From Mobula hypostoma (lineage: Eukaryota), in NCBI RefSeq assembly GCF_963921235.1, contig NC_086108.1, positions 117,058,001-117,122,000 on the forward strand: a stretch of 64,000 nucleotides of DNA, given 5' to 3'. The notes below the pieces were generated by a model. That model made no database searches and was not told the origin of the DNA. It worked only from the letters and a program-made list of their open reading frames with translations. Shown here piece by piece: positions 1 through 11,003 of this stretch. The first letter of the stretch is position 1. Each line of letters starts with the position of its first letter. The position numbers and the translations under genes are program-made.

Positions 1-29
1 CCCTTCACCACAGCAGCTGTTGCCTGAGT

Positions 30-870
30 GCATAGTCGGAGTGGTATCTTAAGGCTTTTTTCTTCAAGGCTTCTGCAAAGAGAGGTTTCACTCAGAGAAA
101 GTGAAGGATAGAAAAGCTCAAGTTTTTTTTTCCTTCTCTCCTTTATATCTGCTCAGCAAGGACAGTAGAGATGTCAGGCAGATTGCTCCTCTTGCAGGAT
201 GTATGATGACCTAACTGAGGAAAGTCACAGTGCTCGGGACTCTGGCGCTGAGACCGCCTCTGTGACTTGGAAGGGAGGGGGTAGAAGTGCCATGCTGTGG
301 AAATAGAGATTATTTAGGCGGAAGGACAGGAGGTTCTGTGGGTGAGAATGAGATTCCTGGATGGTATGTTGCCTCCCAGGTGCCAGGGTCTGGAGTATCT
401 CAGATCGAGACCTCAGCATTCTTCAGTGGAACAGTCAGAAGTCGTGGTCCATGTGGGTACCAATGACATAGGCAGTGTTAGTGACGAGGTTCAGCGCAGG
501 GAGTTCGGGGTGTTTAAGGTGCAGCATCTCCAGAGTCATGGTCTCAGGATTGCTACCCGTGCCACGTACTGGAGAGGCTAGAACTAGGAAGTTTATACAG
601 ATTAAAACGTGCCTAAGGAGTTGGTGCAGGAGGGGGGACATAAGATTTTTGGATCACTGGGCTCTCTTCTAGGGATGGTAAGACGTATTCAAAAGGGAAA
701 GTTTGCACTGAATTGGAGGGGCTCTAATATCCTAGCGGGAAGGTTTGTTAATGCTGCACGGTGGGGTTTAAACTAGAGTTGTAGAGGGATGGAGAGTTTG
801 TGGAGGTAGATGTTGGTAAGACCTCAGACAAAATCAGGAATCAAAAGATTGAGTACGGTGTGACAAAATC
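30..870 (+). mobile_element. CR1 LINE 5' region, degenerate ORF1 (SGNH esterase) remnant
   Basis: Broken frames give VVVHVGTNDIG and SRVMVSGLLPVPR...RSWCRRGDIRFLDHWALF, colinear with the intact ORF1 at 12888-13829; boundaries approximate. Confidence 0.8.
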
Positions 871-1525
871 ATATAAAGGCCTCCAAATAGTAGCCAGCAT
901 GTGAGGATGAGATTGCAAAGAGAGCTGGAAAAGGCATGTAAGTCAGCATGGTTTCTGTGCAGGGAAATCTTGCCTGACAAATCTGTTAAGAGTTCTTCGA
1001 GGAAGTAACAAGCAGGCTGGATAAAGGAGAGGTAGTGGATGTCATTTACCTAGGTGCTCAGAAGGCATTTGATAAGGTGTCACACATGAGGTTGTTCAAC
1101 AAGATAAAGTCCTGTAGTGTTAATAGGGAAGAGACAAGCATGGATTGAGGAATGGCTGACAGGCAGGAGGAAATGAGTGGGAATAAAAGGGGCCTTTTCT
1201 GGTTGGCTGCCAGTGACTAGTGGTGTTCCTCGGGAGTTAGCATTGGGACCGCTGCTTTTCACGTTGTTTGTCAATGATATAGAGAGTTTAATTGATGGCT
1301 TTGTGGCAACATTTGCAGATGGAGGGGTAGGTAATGCTGAGGAAGCAATGCGATTGCAGCAGGACTTAGACAAGTTGGAAGAATGGCCAACAAAGTGGCA
1401 GATGGAATACGGTCTTGGGAAATGTATGATGATGCATTCTGGTAAAGGAAACAATAGTGCGGACTATTATCTAAATCAGGAGAAGGTTCAAACATCAGAG
1501 ATGCAGAGAGACGTAGGGGTCCTCT
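871..1525 (+). mobile_element. CR1 ORF2 fragment (short endonuclease piece joined to reverse transcriptase)
   Basis: VTSGVPRELALGPLLFTLFVND..FVATFAD RT motifs with stops and internal deletions. Confidence 0.8.
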
Positions 1526-1529
1526 TGTT

Positions 1530-4089
1530 AAACTGATATGGCACGGTGATGAGAAACATGCCGATAGAGCTGAGGATGAGCCAGCAGGTTTACAGGTAGA
1601 TGATGGGTGTAACATGAATGTGAGGAAGGACACGCCAATGACTGGATACAAAGGCAGACAGAGCAAAGGGTTAAGCTGTACCACAGAGACAAAATTCAAA
1701 AGGGTGAAAAATGCTGGACTGAAGGTGCTGTATTTAAATGCATGTAGCATTCGGAATAAGGTGGACGAACTCGTGGTACAATTAGAGATTGGTCTGTATG
1801 ACATTGTTGGTATTACTGAGTCTGGCTGAAAGAAGGCCATTGTTGGGAGCTTAACATCAAATAATATACTTTGTAGTGAAAGGACAGGCAGGAAGGCATA
1901 GGCGATGGTGTAGTTCTGATGGTAAGAGATGGAATTACTTATAGAAGAGGTGACATAGGGTCAGAGAATGTTGAGTTGTTGTGGGTGGAGTTAAGAAACA
2001 GCAAGGGTGAAAAATCATTATGGGAATCATAAATCCCTCCAAATAATAGCCAAGATGTGGGGTTAAGATTGCAAAGGGAGCTGGAAAAGACATTTAATAA
2101 GGGTAATGACACATTTGTCTTCACTGTGGAATACGCCAGCAATGTGCCAGACATCCGTGAGTGTCAGAGAGCAGGAGTGAGTGCCATTGCTATTACAAAT
2201 GAAAAAGTGCTGGGCAAACTGAAAGGTCTTAAGGTGGATAAGTCACCTGGACCAGATGGACTACATCCCCGAGTCCTGAGAGAGGTTGATGAAGATATAA
2301 CATATGCAGTGGTCATGATCTTTCAAGAATCACTCAATTCTGGCATGGTCCCAGAGGACTGGAAGATTGCAAATGTCACTCCACTCTTTAAGAAGAGATA
2401 AGGCAAAAGAAAAACATAGAACATAGAATAGTACAGCACAGTACAGGCCCTTCGGCCCACAATGTTGTGCCGACCCTCAAACTCTGCCTCCCATATAAGC
2501 CCCCACCTTAAATTCCTCCATATACCTGTCCAGTAGTCTCTTAAACTTCACGAGTGTATCTGCCTCCACCACTGACTCAGGCAGTGCATTCCACGCACCA
2601 ACCACTCTCTGAGTAAAAAAATCTTCCTCTAATATCCCCCTTGAACTTCCCACTCCTTACCTTAAAGCCATGTCCTCTTGTACTGAGCAGTGGTGCCCTG
2701 GGGAAGAGGTGCTGGCTGTCCACTCTATCTATTTCTCTTATTATCTTGTACACCTCTATCATGTCTCCTCTCATCCTCCTTCTCTCCAAAGAGTAAAGCC
2801 CTAAGGAAATTATAATCCAGTTAGCCTAACCTCAGTGGTTGGGAAAGTGTTGGAGTCTAATATTAAGGATGAGGCTTTGAGGTACTTGGAGGCTAATGAT
2901 TAAATAAGTCAAAGCAGCATGGTTTCTGTGAAGGGAAATCTTGCCTGACAAATCTGATAAGAGTTCTTCGAGGAAGTAAGGCAGTGGATGTCATTTACTT
3001 AGATTTTCAGAAGGCATTTGATAAGGTGCCATACATGAGGCTGCTTAACAAGATAAAATCCTGTGGTGTCACAGGAAAGATACTGGCATGGACAGAGGAA
3101 TAGCTGACAGGCAGGAGGCAGCAAGTGGGAATAAAAGGGGCCTTTTCTGCTTGGCTGCTGGTGACTAGTGGTGTTCCTCAGGGGTTAATATTGGGACCAC
3201 TGCTTTTCACACTATTTGTCAGTGATTTAGATCATCGAATTGATGGCATTTTGGTGAAGTTTGCGGATGATATGAAGATGGCTGGATATGTATGATAATA
3301 CATTTTGATAAAAGGAACAACAGTGCAGACTATTTTCTAAATGGAAGAAGCTTCAAGAAGAGGTGCAGAGGGATTTAGGAGTTCTCGTACAAGACTCCCA
3401 GAAGGTTAATTTACAACTTTAGTCTATGAAAGAAGGCAATTGCAATGTTGGCATTCATTTCAAGGGGAATAGAATATAAAAACAAGGTGATTTTTATAAG
3501 ACACTGAGGCTTTATAAGACACTGGTCTGGCCGCACTTGAAATATTATCAACAGTTTTGGGCCCAATTTCTCAGAAAAGATGTGCAGTTATTGGAGATGG
3601 CCCAGAGGAGGTTCATGAGGACGATTCCTGGAATGAAGGGGTTAATATATGAGGATCGTTTGGCAATTTTGGGCCTGTACTCACTGAAATTTAGAAGAAT
3701 GCAGGGTGGATCTCATTTAAATCTACTGAATATTGAAAGGACTAGATAAGGTAGAGGTGGGGAGGATGTTTCCTATGGTGTGGGTATCCAGAATTAGAGG
3801 GCACAACCTCAAAATTGAGGGGGCGATCCTTTAGAACAGAGGTAAGGAGGAATTTTTTTAGCCAGAGAGTAGTGAAACTGTGGAATGCTCTGCCACAGAC
3901 TGTGGTGGAGACCGAGTCCATGGGTGTATTTAAGGCAGAAGTTAATTGTTTCCTGATTGGTCAGGGCATCAAAGGATATGGCAAGAAGGCAGGTGTACGG
4001 GGTTGAGTGGGATTCGGGATCAGCCATGATGGAATGACAGAGCAGACTCGATAGGCTGAATGGCCTAATTCTGCTCCTATCTCTTATGG
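1530..4089 (+). mobile_element. Degenerate, internally deleted CR1 LINE ('family A'): endonuclease, RT and 3' UTR; interrupted at 2413-2803
   Basis: GLKVLYLNACSIRNKVDEL (APE start), KSPGPDGLHPRVL..WKIANVTPLFKK, FFSQRVVKLWNALP, and the 3' end CCTAATTCTGCTCCTATCTCTTATGG; the reading continues across the insertion (...AAAAGAAA | AGGAAATTATAATCCAGTTAGCC). Confidence 0.85.
2413..2803 (-). mobile_element. 5'-truncated CR1 ('family B') 3' end inserted into the family A copy
   Basis: Minus-strand ERRRMRGDMIEVYKII..TRGHGFKV and a TACTATTCTATGTTCTATGT tail; nearly identical to ~16415-16800. Confidence 0.9.
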
Positions 4090-4125
4090 TTGAAAGTGTT
4101 GAATAATTGTTAGTAAAACTAAGGA

Positions 4126-4382
4126 TGTGTTGGCGCGTGGTCAAGTGGTTAAAGCATTCGTCTAGTGATCTGAAGGTCGCTAGTTCGAGCCTTGGCTGAG
4201 GCAGCGCGTTGTGTCCTTGAGCAAGGCATTTAACCACACATTGCTCTGTGACGACACTGGTGCCAAGATGTATGGGTCCTAATGCCCTTCCCTTGGACAA
4301 CATCAGTGGCATGGAGAGGGGAGACTTGCAGCATGGACATCTGCGGTTGTATGGAAGACTATATATATATATATATATATAA
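4126..4382 (+). mobile_element. tRNA-derived CORE-type SINE with (AT)n tail
   Basis: A box TGGTCAAGTGG (4138-4148), B box AGTTCGAGCC (4182-4191), CORE-like GTGTCCTTGAGCAAGGCATTTAACC (4211-4235), (AT)n at 4360-4380; flanked by a near-perfect TSD AAAACTAAGGA (4115-4125) / AAAGCTAAGGA (4383-4393) inside a CR1 endonuclease fragment. Confidence 0.8.
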
Positions 4383-4469
4383 AAAGCTAAGGAACTTCAA
4401 GGGTAAAAAGACCCTGATGGGAGCTGTTCACAAACTCTCAAACAGCAATAATGTCAATGATTCGATCAT

Positions 4470-5421
4470 CAAATTGATGGTTTTGTTGCAAAGTTTGTGG
4501 ATGATAAGAAGATAGGTAGAAGGGCTGGTAGTTTTGAGGAAGTAGAGAGGCTGCAGAAGGACTTAAGCAGTTTCAGAGAAGGGGAAAATAAATGGCAGTT
4601 GGAAATCAGTGTTGGGAAATGAATGATCATGCACTTTAATAGAAGAAATGAAAAGGTTAACTGTTTTCTACATGGAGAGAAAATTCAAAAAACAGAGGCA
4701 CAATGAGACTTGGGAGTCCTTGTGCAGACAACCTGAATGTTATCTTGCAGGTAACGTCCGTGGTGAGGAAGGCAAATGCACTGTTAGCATTAATTTCAAG
4801 AGGTCTGGAATACAAGAGCAGGGATGTGAAGCTGAGGCTTTATAAGGTACTGGTGAGGCCTCACCTTGAGTATTGTGAATAGTTTTGGGCTCCTCATCTC
4901 AGAGAAGATGTGCTGGCATTGAAGAGGGTCCAGAGGAGGTTCACAAGGATGATTCCAGGAATGAAAGAGTTATCATATGAGGAATGTTTGATAGCTCTGG
5001 GTCTGTACTCACTGGAATTTAGAAGGATGAAGGGGGATCTCATTGAAATCTTCCTAATGTTGAAAGGTCTAGATATGGTAGATGTGGAAAAGATATTTCC
5101 CAGGGTGGAGGAGTCTAGGACAAGAGGGCACAGCTTCAGGATGGAGGGATGTCCATTTAAAACAGGGATGTGGAGACATTTCTTTAGTGAGAGGGTGGTG
5201 AACTTATGGAATTTCTTACCACAGGCAGCTGTGGAAGCCAGGCCAGTGGGTGTATTTAAAGTAGAGCTTGATAGGTTCTTGATTGGACATGGCATCAAAG
5301 GTTATGGAGAGAAGGCCGGGGAGTGGGGTTGAGGTGGGAAATAAAGAGGATCAGCCATGCTTGAATGGCGGAGTAGACTCCATGGGCCAAATGGCCTAAT
5401 TCTGCTCCTATGTCTTATGGT
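4470..5421 (+). mobile_element. 5'-truncated CR1 LINE (RT C-terminal part and 3' UTR)
   Basis: LKRVQRRFTRMIPGMKELSYEECL..GLYSLEFRRMKGDLIE; ends in CCTAATTCTGCTCCTATGTCTTATGG. Confidence 0.85.
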
Positions 5422-6030
5422 AAGGACGTAAAAACAAGGATGTAACGTTGAAACTTTATAAAGCGCTGGTGAGCCCTCACAGAGTATTGTGAGCAGGTTT
5501 GGGCCCCTTATTTTGGAAAGGATGTGATGAAACTAGACAGGGTTCAAAGGAGGTTTATGAAAATGATTCCAGGATTGAACGGCTTGTCAGATGAAGAGCG
5601 CCTGATGGCTCTGGGCCCGTATTCACTGGAATTCAGAAGAATGAGGGGTGACCTCATTGAAACCTATTGAATGGTGAAGGGCATTGATAGAGTGGATGTG
5701 GAGAGGATGTTTTCTATGTTGGGAGAGTCTAAAACCAGAGAACACAGCCTCAGAATAGAGGGTTGTACTCTTAGAACCAAGATGAGGAGGAATTTCTTTA
5801 GACAGAGAGTGGTGAATCTGTGGAATCCATTGCCACAGGCAGCTGTGGATTCCAAGTAATTAAGTGTATTTAAGAGAGGTTGGTAGATTCTTGATTGGTC
5901 AGGGCATGAGGGGATACGGGACAAGGCAGGAGACTGAGGCTGAGAGAAAAATTGGAACAGTCATGATGAAATGGTGGTACGGTTTCAATGGACCAAATGG
6001 CCTAATTCTGTTCCTATATCTTATGGTCTT
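5422..6030 (+). mobile_element. 5'-truncated CR1 LINE 3' fragment
   Basis: GIDRVDVERMF..FFRQRVVNLWNPLPQ; ends in CCTAATTCTGTTCCTATATCTTATGG. Confidence 0.85.
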
Positions 6031-6089
6031 ATTGTCTTCATTCCTGCATCCTCCCTGCCACTATGCCCTTTCTTTCCCCTTCACTTTCC

Positions 6090-6256
6090 ACGTCTCTGTA
6101 ACACTCTGGGCCCTACACCCCACCCAGTCTCTGTAACCACATCCAAGCCCTTCACTCTCCCCATCTCTATATCTCTGTAACTCCCTCTGGTCCCTTCACT
6201 CCTCCCGTCTCTGTAACCCACAATAGTACCTACACCACTCCCTGTTTCTGCAACCC
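6090..6256. repeat. Short degenerate C/T-rich tandem repeat (~40-bp period, TCTCTGTAAC core)
   Basis: TCTCTGTAAC or a close variant recurs five times at roughly 40-bp spacing. Confidence 0.55.
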
Positions 6257-6257
6257 C

Positions 6258-6940
6258 CATAAGACATCGGAGTAGAATTAGGCCATTTGGCTCATTGAGT
6301 CTGCCCCTCCCTTCCATCATTACCCCTCTCAATCCCATTCTCGTCTTCTCTCGATAACTTTTGATAGTCATAGTCATACTTTATTGATCCCAAGGGAAAT
6401 TGGTTTTCGTTACAGTTGCACCAACCAAGAATAGAGTATAAATAAAACAACATAAAACCATAAATAATTAAATAGTAATATGTACAAGCCAGGAAATAAG
6501 TCCAGGACCAGCCTATTGTCTCAGGGTGTCTGACCCTCCAAGGGAGGAGTTGTAAAGTTTGATGGCCACAGGCAGGAATGACTTCCTATGACGCTCTGTG
6601 TTGCGTCTCAGTGGAATGAGTCTCTGGCTGAATGTACTCCTGTGCCCACCCAGTACATTATGTAGTGGATGGGAGACATTGTCCAAGATGGCATGCAACT
6701 TGGACAGCATCCTCTTTTCAGACATCATCGTCAGAGAGTCCAGTTCCATCCCCACAATATCACTGGCCTTATTGATACCCTTATTAATCAAGGACCTATC
6801 AACTTTGATTTAAATATACCCAGTGACAACATCCACAGTTGTCTGTAGCAATGAATTCCACAGATTCACCACCCTTTAGATGAAGAAATTCCTCTCTATC
6901 TCTGTTCTGAGGCTGTGCCCTCTGGTCCTAGACTCCCACA
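6258..6940 (-). mobile_element. CR1 3' end fragment, split by a Rex1/Babar insertion
   Basis: Reverse complement of the CR1 3' terminus (ATAAGACATCGGAGTAGAATTAGGCCATT) at 6258-6366, resuming at 6772 (CCACAGATTCACCACCC..GAAGAAATTCCTC). Confidence 0.75.
6367..6771 (-). mobile_element. Rex1/Babar non-LTR retrotransposon 3' end
   Basis: Minus ORF LDSLTMMSEKRMLSKLHAILDNVSHPLH..RSTFSQRLI..TERHRKSFLPVAIKLYNSS is typical of the Rex1 RT C-terminus; (TATGAC)n tail; 6-bp TSD TTGATA at 6361-6366 and 6772-6777. Confidence 0.8.
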
Positions 6941-7382
6941 TTGTTAATAATGAGTTAAAATATAATAATGATAAACTAAGTTGCGTTAAGTAAATGAATC
7001 CCATTAATTATCAATGTTAATTTATGATTTTGTTAAAAGTATGTTCACCATGTTTGTTCTACACTATACCTGATACCCTGGGTGTGTCTGTGACAATTAA
7101 CATGAACTTCAACTTGGATTCCAACCCCTCACCGATGGACGTTCCTCCAGCCACCTGGGCCCTGATCTCAGTGGCTTCTCTTCCCTCTTTTGTAGTTTCC
7201 TACTGCCCCGTACTATCTGGTTACTCCCCATCCCCATAATTCTCTCTCTCCCCCTCTGGTTTCCTTTCTCCCACCCTCTACCTCAGACAGTGATGTAGAT
7301 CCTGTCTCCAGCCCACTGTCTACCATCCAAGAGATTGTGCTGCACCCTTATAAACCTCTGAGCCATGGCGGAGAGATGTTAC

Positions 7383-7545
7383 CTCATAAACTTCTTCGTC
7401 AAGGATCCTGGTGCCGAATACCACAATGCCACTGGTATCCAGGACGGGGTTGCTGCTCCTCGGCAGAGGCTTGCTGACTTTCTTCTTACAGTCCAGGATC
7501 AGTGTCACGTTCTTCTTCTGGACACTGATGCCAAGTCGGTGCCAC
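7383..7545 (-). CDS. col11a2: Clade-B fibrillar collagen (alpha-2(XI)-like) TSPN/LamG domain, internal exon equivalent to exon 4
   Basis: 163-bp exon, CAG acceptor at 7546-7548 and GTAAC donor at 7378-7382; translates (K)[54 protein letters not shown]. Phase matches the upstream exon (AA|G = Lys). KPLPRS..PVLDT favours COL11A2 over COL11A1/COL5A1; the paralogue call is less certain than the exon call. Confidence 0.85.
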
Positions 7546-7739
7546 CTGGCAGAACAGAGACTACAGCTCAGTCACCATTCCTAAGGCTTCCCTGGATGGC
7601 ATAGTGACCTAATGGAACCAGTCCAGGCCAGAGAGGGAGATCCACCTCACCAAACTCTCATCTCTCACAAAGTGTCCAGGTCTTTTCCCCCAACAAGCAG
7701 AAAAATACAGGGACTCCAAACACTCCCTCCATTTATCCC

Positions 7740-8019
7740 ACACAGTATGGAAACACGCCCTCTGGTCCATTGAGTCTGTCACCCACTGAGACCAATCTGA
7801 CCCGGATTCTCCCCAGATTCCACCTCTCACACATTCTGGGTAGCGATTTACAGCGGTCAATGAACCCATCTTTGGGATGTAGGAGGAAACCGTAGCACCC
7901 AGGGGAAAATGACACGGTAACAGGAAGAACGTGCAAACTCCACACAGACAGGACTGGAGGTGGGAATCGAACTTGTGTCTCTGGAGCTGTGATACGGCGG
8001 CTCATGCCACTGTGCCACA
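7740..8019 (-). mobile_element. tRNA-derived V-SINE (HE1-like) in the 767-bp intron between the two exons
   Basis: Minus strand: B box AGTTCGATTCCC, V-domain TGTGTGGAGTTTGCACGTTCTTCC...GGTTTCCTCCTACATCCCAAAGA, CR1-like tail ATGGACCAGAGGGCGTGTTTCCATACTGT. Confidence 0.75.
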
Positions 8020-8312
8020 CTCCAGGATTCCAATGTTTTCAATCTCCTGTTGAGCCCGTTTCAGCTCCCCAGATCCTGCAACTCACCCCTGACAGACTCT
8101 ACCACCACCACCCTCCACTCTGACCCCACCCTCTTCGTCCGCTCTGCACTCCCGTGTTAATTCTGGATCCCTCAATGAAAACATTGCTTGCATTGAGAAA
8201 ACATGCCCCAATTCCCATCACCCAGAGTGGAGGGCCCTCGGTCCATGTGGTAAGCTGGTCTGAACATTGGTGGAGTGTAGCAGTGAAGGACAGGCCAGTC
8301 ATCGTCACTCAC

Positions 8313-8526
8313 TTGTTGTCAGACAAGTTGATGGTTCCGAATACGGGGTAGTCCTCAGGAGCTGGTCGACCATTTTGGTCCTCATAGAGGAATAGAGGGG
8401 AGCGGCCAACCTCGACACCCAGCTGTTGAACTCCATGGCCATTGTAGACAGACAACAGGAAGGCCTGTGTATTGCGTTTGGGTTTCAGGGTGACGAGAAT
8501 GGAGAAATCATGGGGGAACTGTCCAT
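8313..8526 (-). CDS. col11a2: Clade-B fibrillar collagen (alpha-2(XI)-like) TSPN/LamG domain, internal exon equivalent to exon 3
   Basis: 214-bp exon, CAG acceptor at 8527-8529 and GTGAGT donor at 8307-8312; translates [71 protein letters not shown]. The 214/163-bp pair agrees with the exon 3/4 sizes I recall for COL5A1/COL11A1; EDQxGRP..PVF is COL11A2-like. Confidence 0.85.
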
Positions 8527-8674
8527 CTGTAGCAGAAATAGACAATCAGCAGGGTGCCAGGCTCAGCTCCATTTGACCTACAGGGCCTGAGACACCAGAC
8601 CAACCCCTAGGTGAGTCAGCAAGATCCCACAGGCAGCAGGCAGGTTATGGAGACAACTGACATCAGGGTATAGT

Positions 8675-9169
8675 TCAGAAATATTTTACACAAACACAAC
8701 CCAGAACAGCCCTTTTGTTTCACAAACGTACAAAACATCATTCAAATACAAAGGACAATACAGTTAGTGAATTCAAATTAAAATACAGTTCTTACCATCT
8801 ATAATGCACCCAATTTCCCGCCATGCGTCCCATTCCCAGATATCCCCCATTGCACCCATAATGGTCACATGTTCCCTCTCCAAGTATACCCTGGCATGAA
8901 TGTCATGAATCCTCGGAAGAGGGGCAGACAGTCGGCACAGGCAGATCTCTTAACAGCCTACTGCCTGGACCCACGAATGGGCATCTTGGCTAGGCCTAGG
9001 AGCAAGCCTACCAGAACATCCAACGAGTGACGCCCAACCCCCACCCCCCACCCGGCCCCCCATACAGGGTGCCCATAAAGGTGCCCAGGAGTGCAAGGCT
9101 GAAGTGCAGCCAGGACGAGAGGAGCAGCCCCTTTAGGGGCTGCAACCCCTCACACTCCATACAGACATG
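8675..9169 (-). mobile_element. Tx1/L1-clade retrotransposon, ORF2 C-terminus and 3' UTR (left part)
   Basis: Minus frames give HVCMECEGLQP..WLHFS, DVLVGLLLGLAKMPIRGSR, ADCLPLFRGF, RVYLEREH and CIIDGKNCILI* (stop at 8773-8775). Confidence 0.75.
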
Positions 9170-9749
9170 TGTAACACGCTGTAAGGTTTCACTGCTAATG
9201 TAATGATTTCCCTGTAATGTTCCACTGCTTAGGTAGTGTTTTCTCTGTAGCAGCAATGTTTGGGTTATGACTAGAGATAATGGGGCATGTTAGCTAATGA
9301 GCGGGATATTGTTCTTTCTTGTGTGTCAGGGAGCCGCGAATTCGTGGTCTTTTGCCGGGGAGAGATGAGGAGAGAAGATGGGAATGGAGAGAGTTGGTAG
9401 ACAGCTGGTCGGAGTGGACTTGGAGCGAGCGTCCGAAGGTCAGTGACGATCGGAGGAGGGTGATGGTGGACAAACAGCTTTATCAGTGAGCTCCAACGTT
9501 GTGTGTTAGACTGTTTCATGAGAATGGGCCCTTCTTTTTTTTTGTTTTCTTTATTAATCATATAGTCAAATTAAGAATTATAAAGCTCAATCGTTTAATC
9601 ACATATTGTGTACTGTTTGTTATTTTGTGGTACTGATTTGTAACAGAGGACACATTGTGCAGCATCCACCCAAACCAGATTTCTTAAGTTTGGCCGGGCT
9701 GGGGGCTATCAACCCCTATATTAAGCCACTAGCCAAAGTGAGAGTTACA
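9170..9749 (+). repeat. 5' LTR (580 bp)
   Basis: TGTAAC...GTTACA termini; its 3' half aligns with 16801-17098. Confidence 0.85.
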
Positions 9750-9753
9750 ATTG

Positions 9754-9771
9754 TGGGGGCTCGTCCAGGAT
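9754..9771 (+). promoter_or_regulatory. Primer-binding site for tRNA-Pro
   Basis: TGGGGGCTCGTCCAGGAT is a 17/18 match to the tRNA-Pro PBS TGGGGGCTCGTCCGGGAT and lies 4 nt after the LTR. Confidence 0.9.
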
Positions 9772-9927
9772 TGATTACCCTGAGCATTGAACCAGTGAGG
9801 TAGATATTCATACTCTGGATGAATTGTTAATTCACCTGTTAAGTACTGTTAAAGTTGCGATTGCGGGCAAAGGTTTGATAAAGTGGCAGGCACAACTCTC
9901 GTTTTAATGTAGACCAGCGCTGACGTA

Positions 9928-10255
9928 GTGGTAGCTAGGGGCAGAGATTTCAAAGGCAGGGTTCTATCATTTCTGAGGAGTGAGGAGAAGGAGTGGTCAG
10001 ACTTGGAATGTCTAATTATTCCACGTCTCCCGGTGAACAGTAAGAATTCTGAGTTAGTATCTGCCCTTACCTCTCTGGCGAATAAATGGAAAAATGCCCA
10101 GGTTCAAAGTCCCTGCTATGGTAGGCTCCACCTATTCTCTGGAATAACGCCCACCCCTAAAGGGGAGGAGGAGTATGAGGCTTGGGCAGAGAAGACCTCT
10201 CAGTTGTTAGATGAGTGGCAGTGCTCTGATGACGTAAAGCGACAGAGATTGGTTG
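9928..10255 (+). pseudogene. PNMA-like gag (capsid) remnant of the Gypsy element, truncated by a Penelope-like element
   Basis: YGRLHLFSGITPTPKGEEEYEAWAEKTSQLLDEWQCSDDVKRQRLVE matches the PNMA/Gypsy gag pattern Y..L..FSG...P..GEE.(F/Y)E.W.......W...D.EK..RL.ESL. Confidence 0.8.
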
Positions 10256-11003
10256 AACAACAGGAATTCTGCAGATGCTGGAAATTCAAGCAACACACAT
10301 AAAAGTTGCTGGTGAACGCAGCAGGCCAGGCAGCATCTCTAGGAAGAGGTGCAGTCGACTTTTCAGGCCGAGACCCTTCATCAGGACTAACTGAAGGAAG
10401 AGTTAGTAAGAGATTTGAAAGTGGGAGGGGGAGGGGGAGATCCAAAATGATAGAAGACGGGAGGGGGAGGGATGGAGCCAAGAGCTGGTCAGGTGATAGG
10501 CAAAAGGGATACGAGAGGATCATGGGACAGGAGGTCCGGGAAGAAAGACAAGGAGGGCGGGGGGGGGGACCCAGAGGATGGGCAAGGGGTATATTCAGAG
10601 GGACAGAGGGAGAAAAAGGAGAGTGAGAGAAAGAATGTGTGTATAAAAATAAGTAACAGATGGGGTACGAGGGGAGGTGGGGCATTAGCGGAAGTTAGAG
10701 AAGTCGATGTTCATGCCATCAGGTTGGAGGCTACCCAGACGGAATATAAGGTGTTGTTCCTCCAACCTGAGTGTGGCTTCATCTTTACAGTAGAGGAGGC
10801 CGTGGATAGACATGTCAGAATGGGAATGGGATGTGGAATTAAAATGTGTGGCCACTGGGAGATCCTGCTTTCTCTGGCGGACAGAGCGTAGGTGTTCAGC
10901 AAAGCAGTCTCCCAGTCTGCGTCGGGTCTCGCCAATATATAAAAGGCCACATCGGGAACACCGGACGCAGTATATCACCCCAGTCGACTCACAGGTGAAG
11001 TGT
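10256..11003 (-). mobile_element. Penelope-like element (Neptune type), 3' part: GIY-YIG end and pLTR
   Basis: Minus ORF IYCVRCSRCGLLYIGETRRRLGDCFAEH..LQPDGMNIDFSNFR; reverse complement of ~21793-22536. Confidence 0.9.
10352..10389 (-). ncRNA. Minimal type I hammerhead ribozyme (variant)
   Basis: Minus strand TAGTC-CTGATGA-AGGGTCTCGGCCT-GAAA-AGTC-GACTG; the core is present but the ACGT stem III palindrome is changed to AAGT. Confidence 0.6.

Noticed and set aside
1..30. Next collagen exon (QQLL on the minus strand)
   Set aside because: It reads LRQQLLW then a stop, and lacks the expected GDIQ start.
4126..4200. tRNA gene
   Set aside because: The A/B boxes are followed by a CORE-like domain, an (AT)n tail and a TSD, so this is a SINE head; the same applies to 7950-8019.
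6942..7095. Small solo LTR (TGTT...GACA, AT-rich)
   Set aside because: No target-site duplication and no second copy in the window.
9928..10302. Host PNMA/MOAP1 gene
   Set aside because: It sits directly behind an LTR and PBS, lacks an ATG start in the ORF track and is truncated by a Penelope element.
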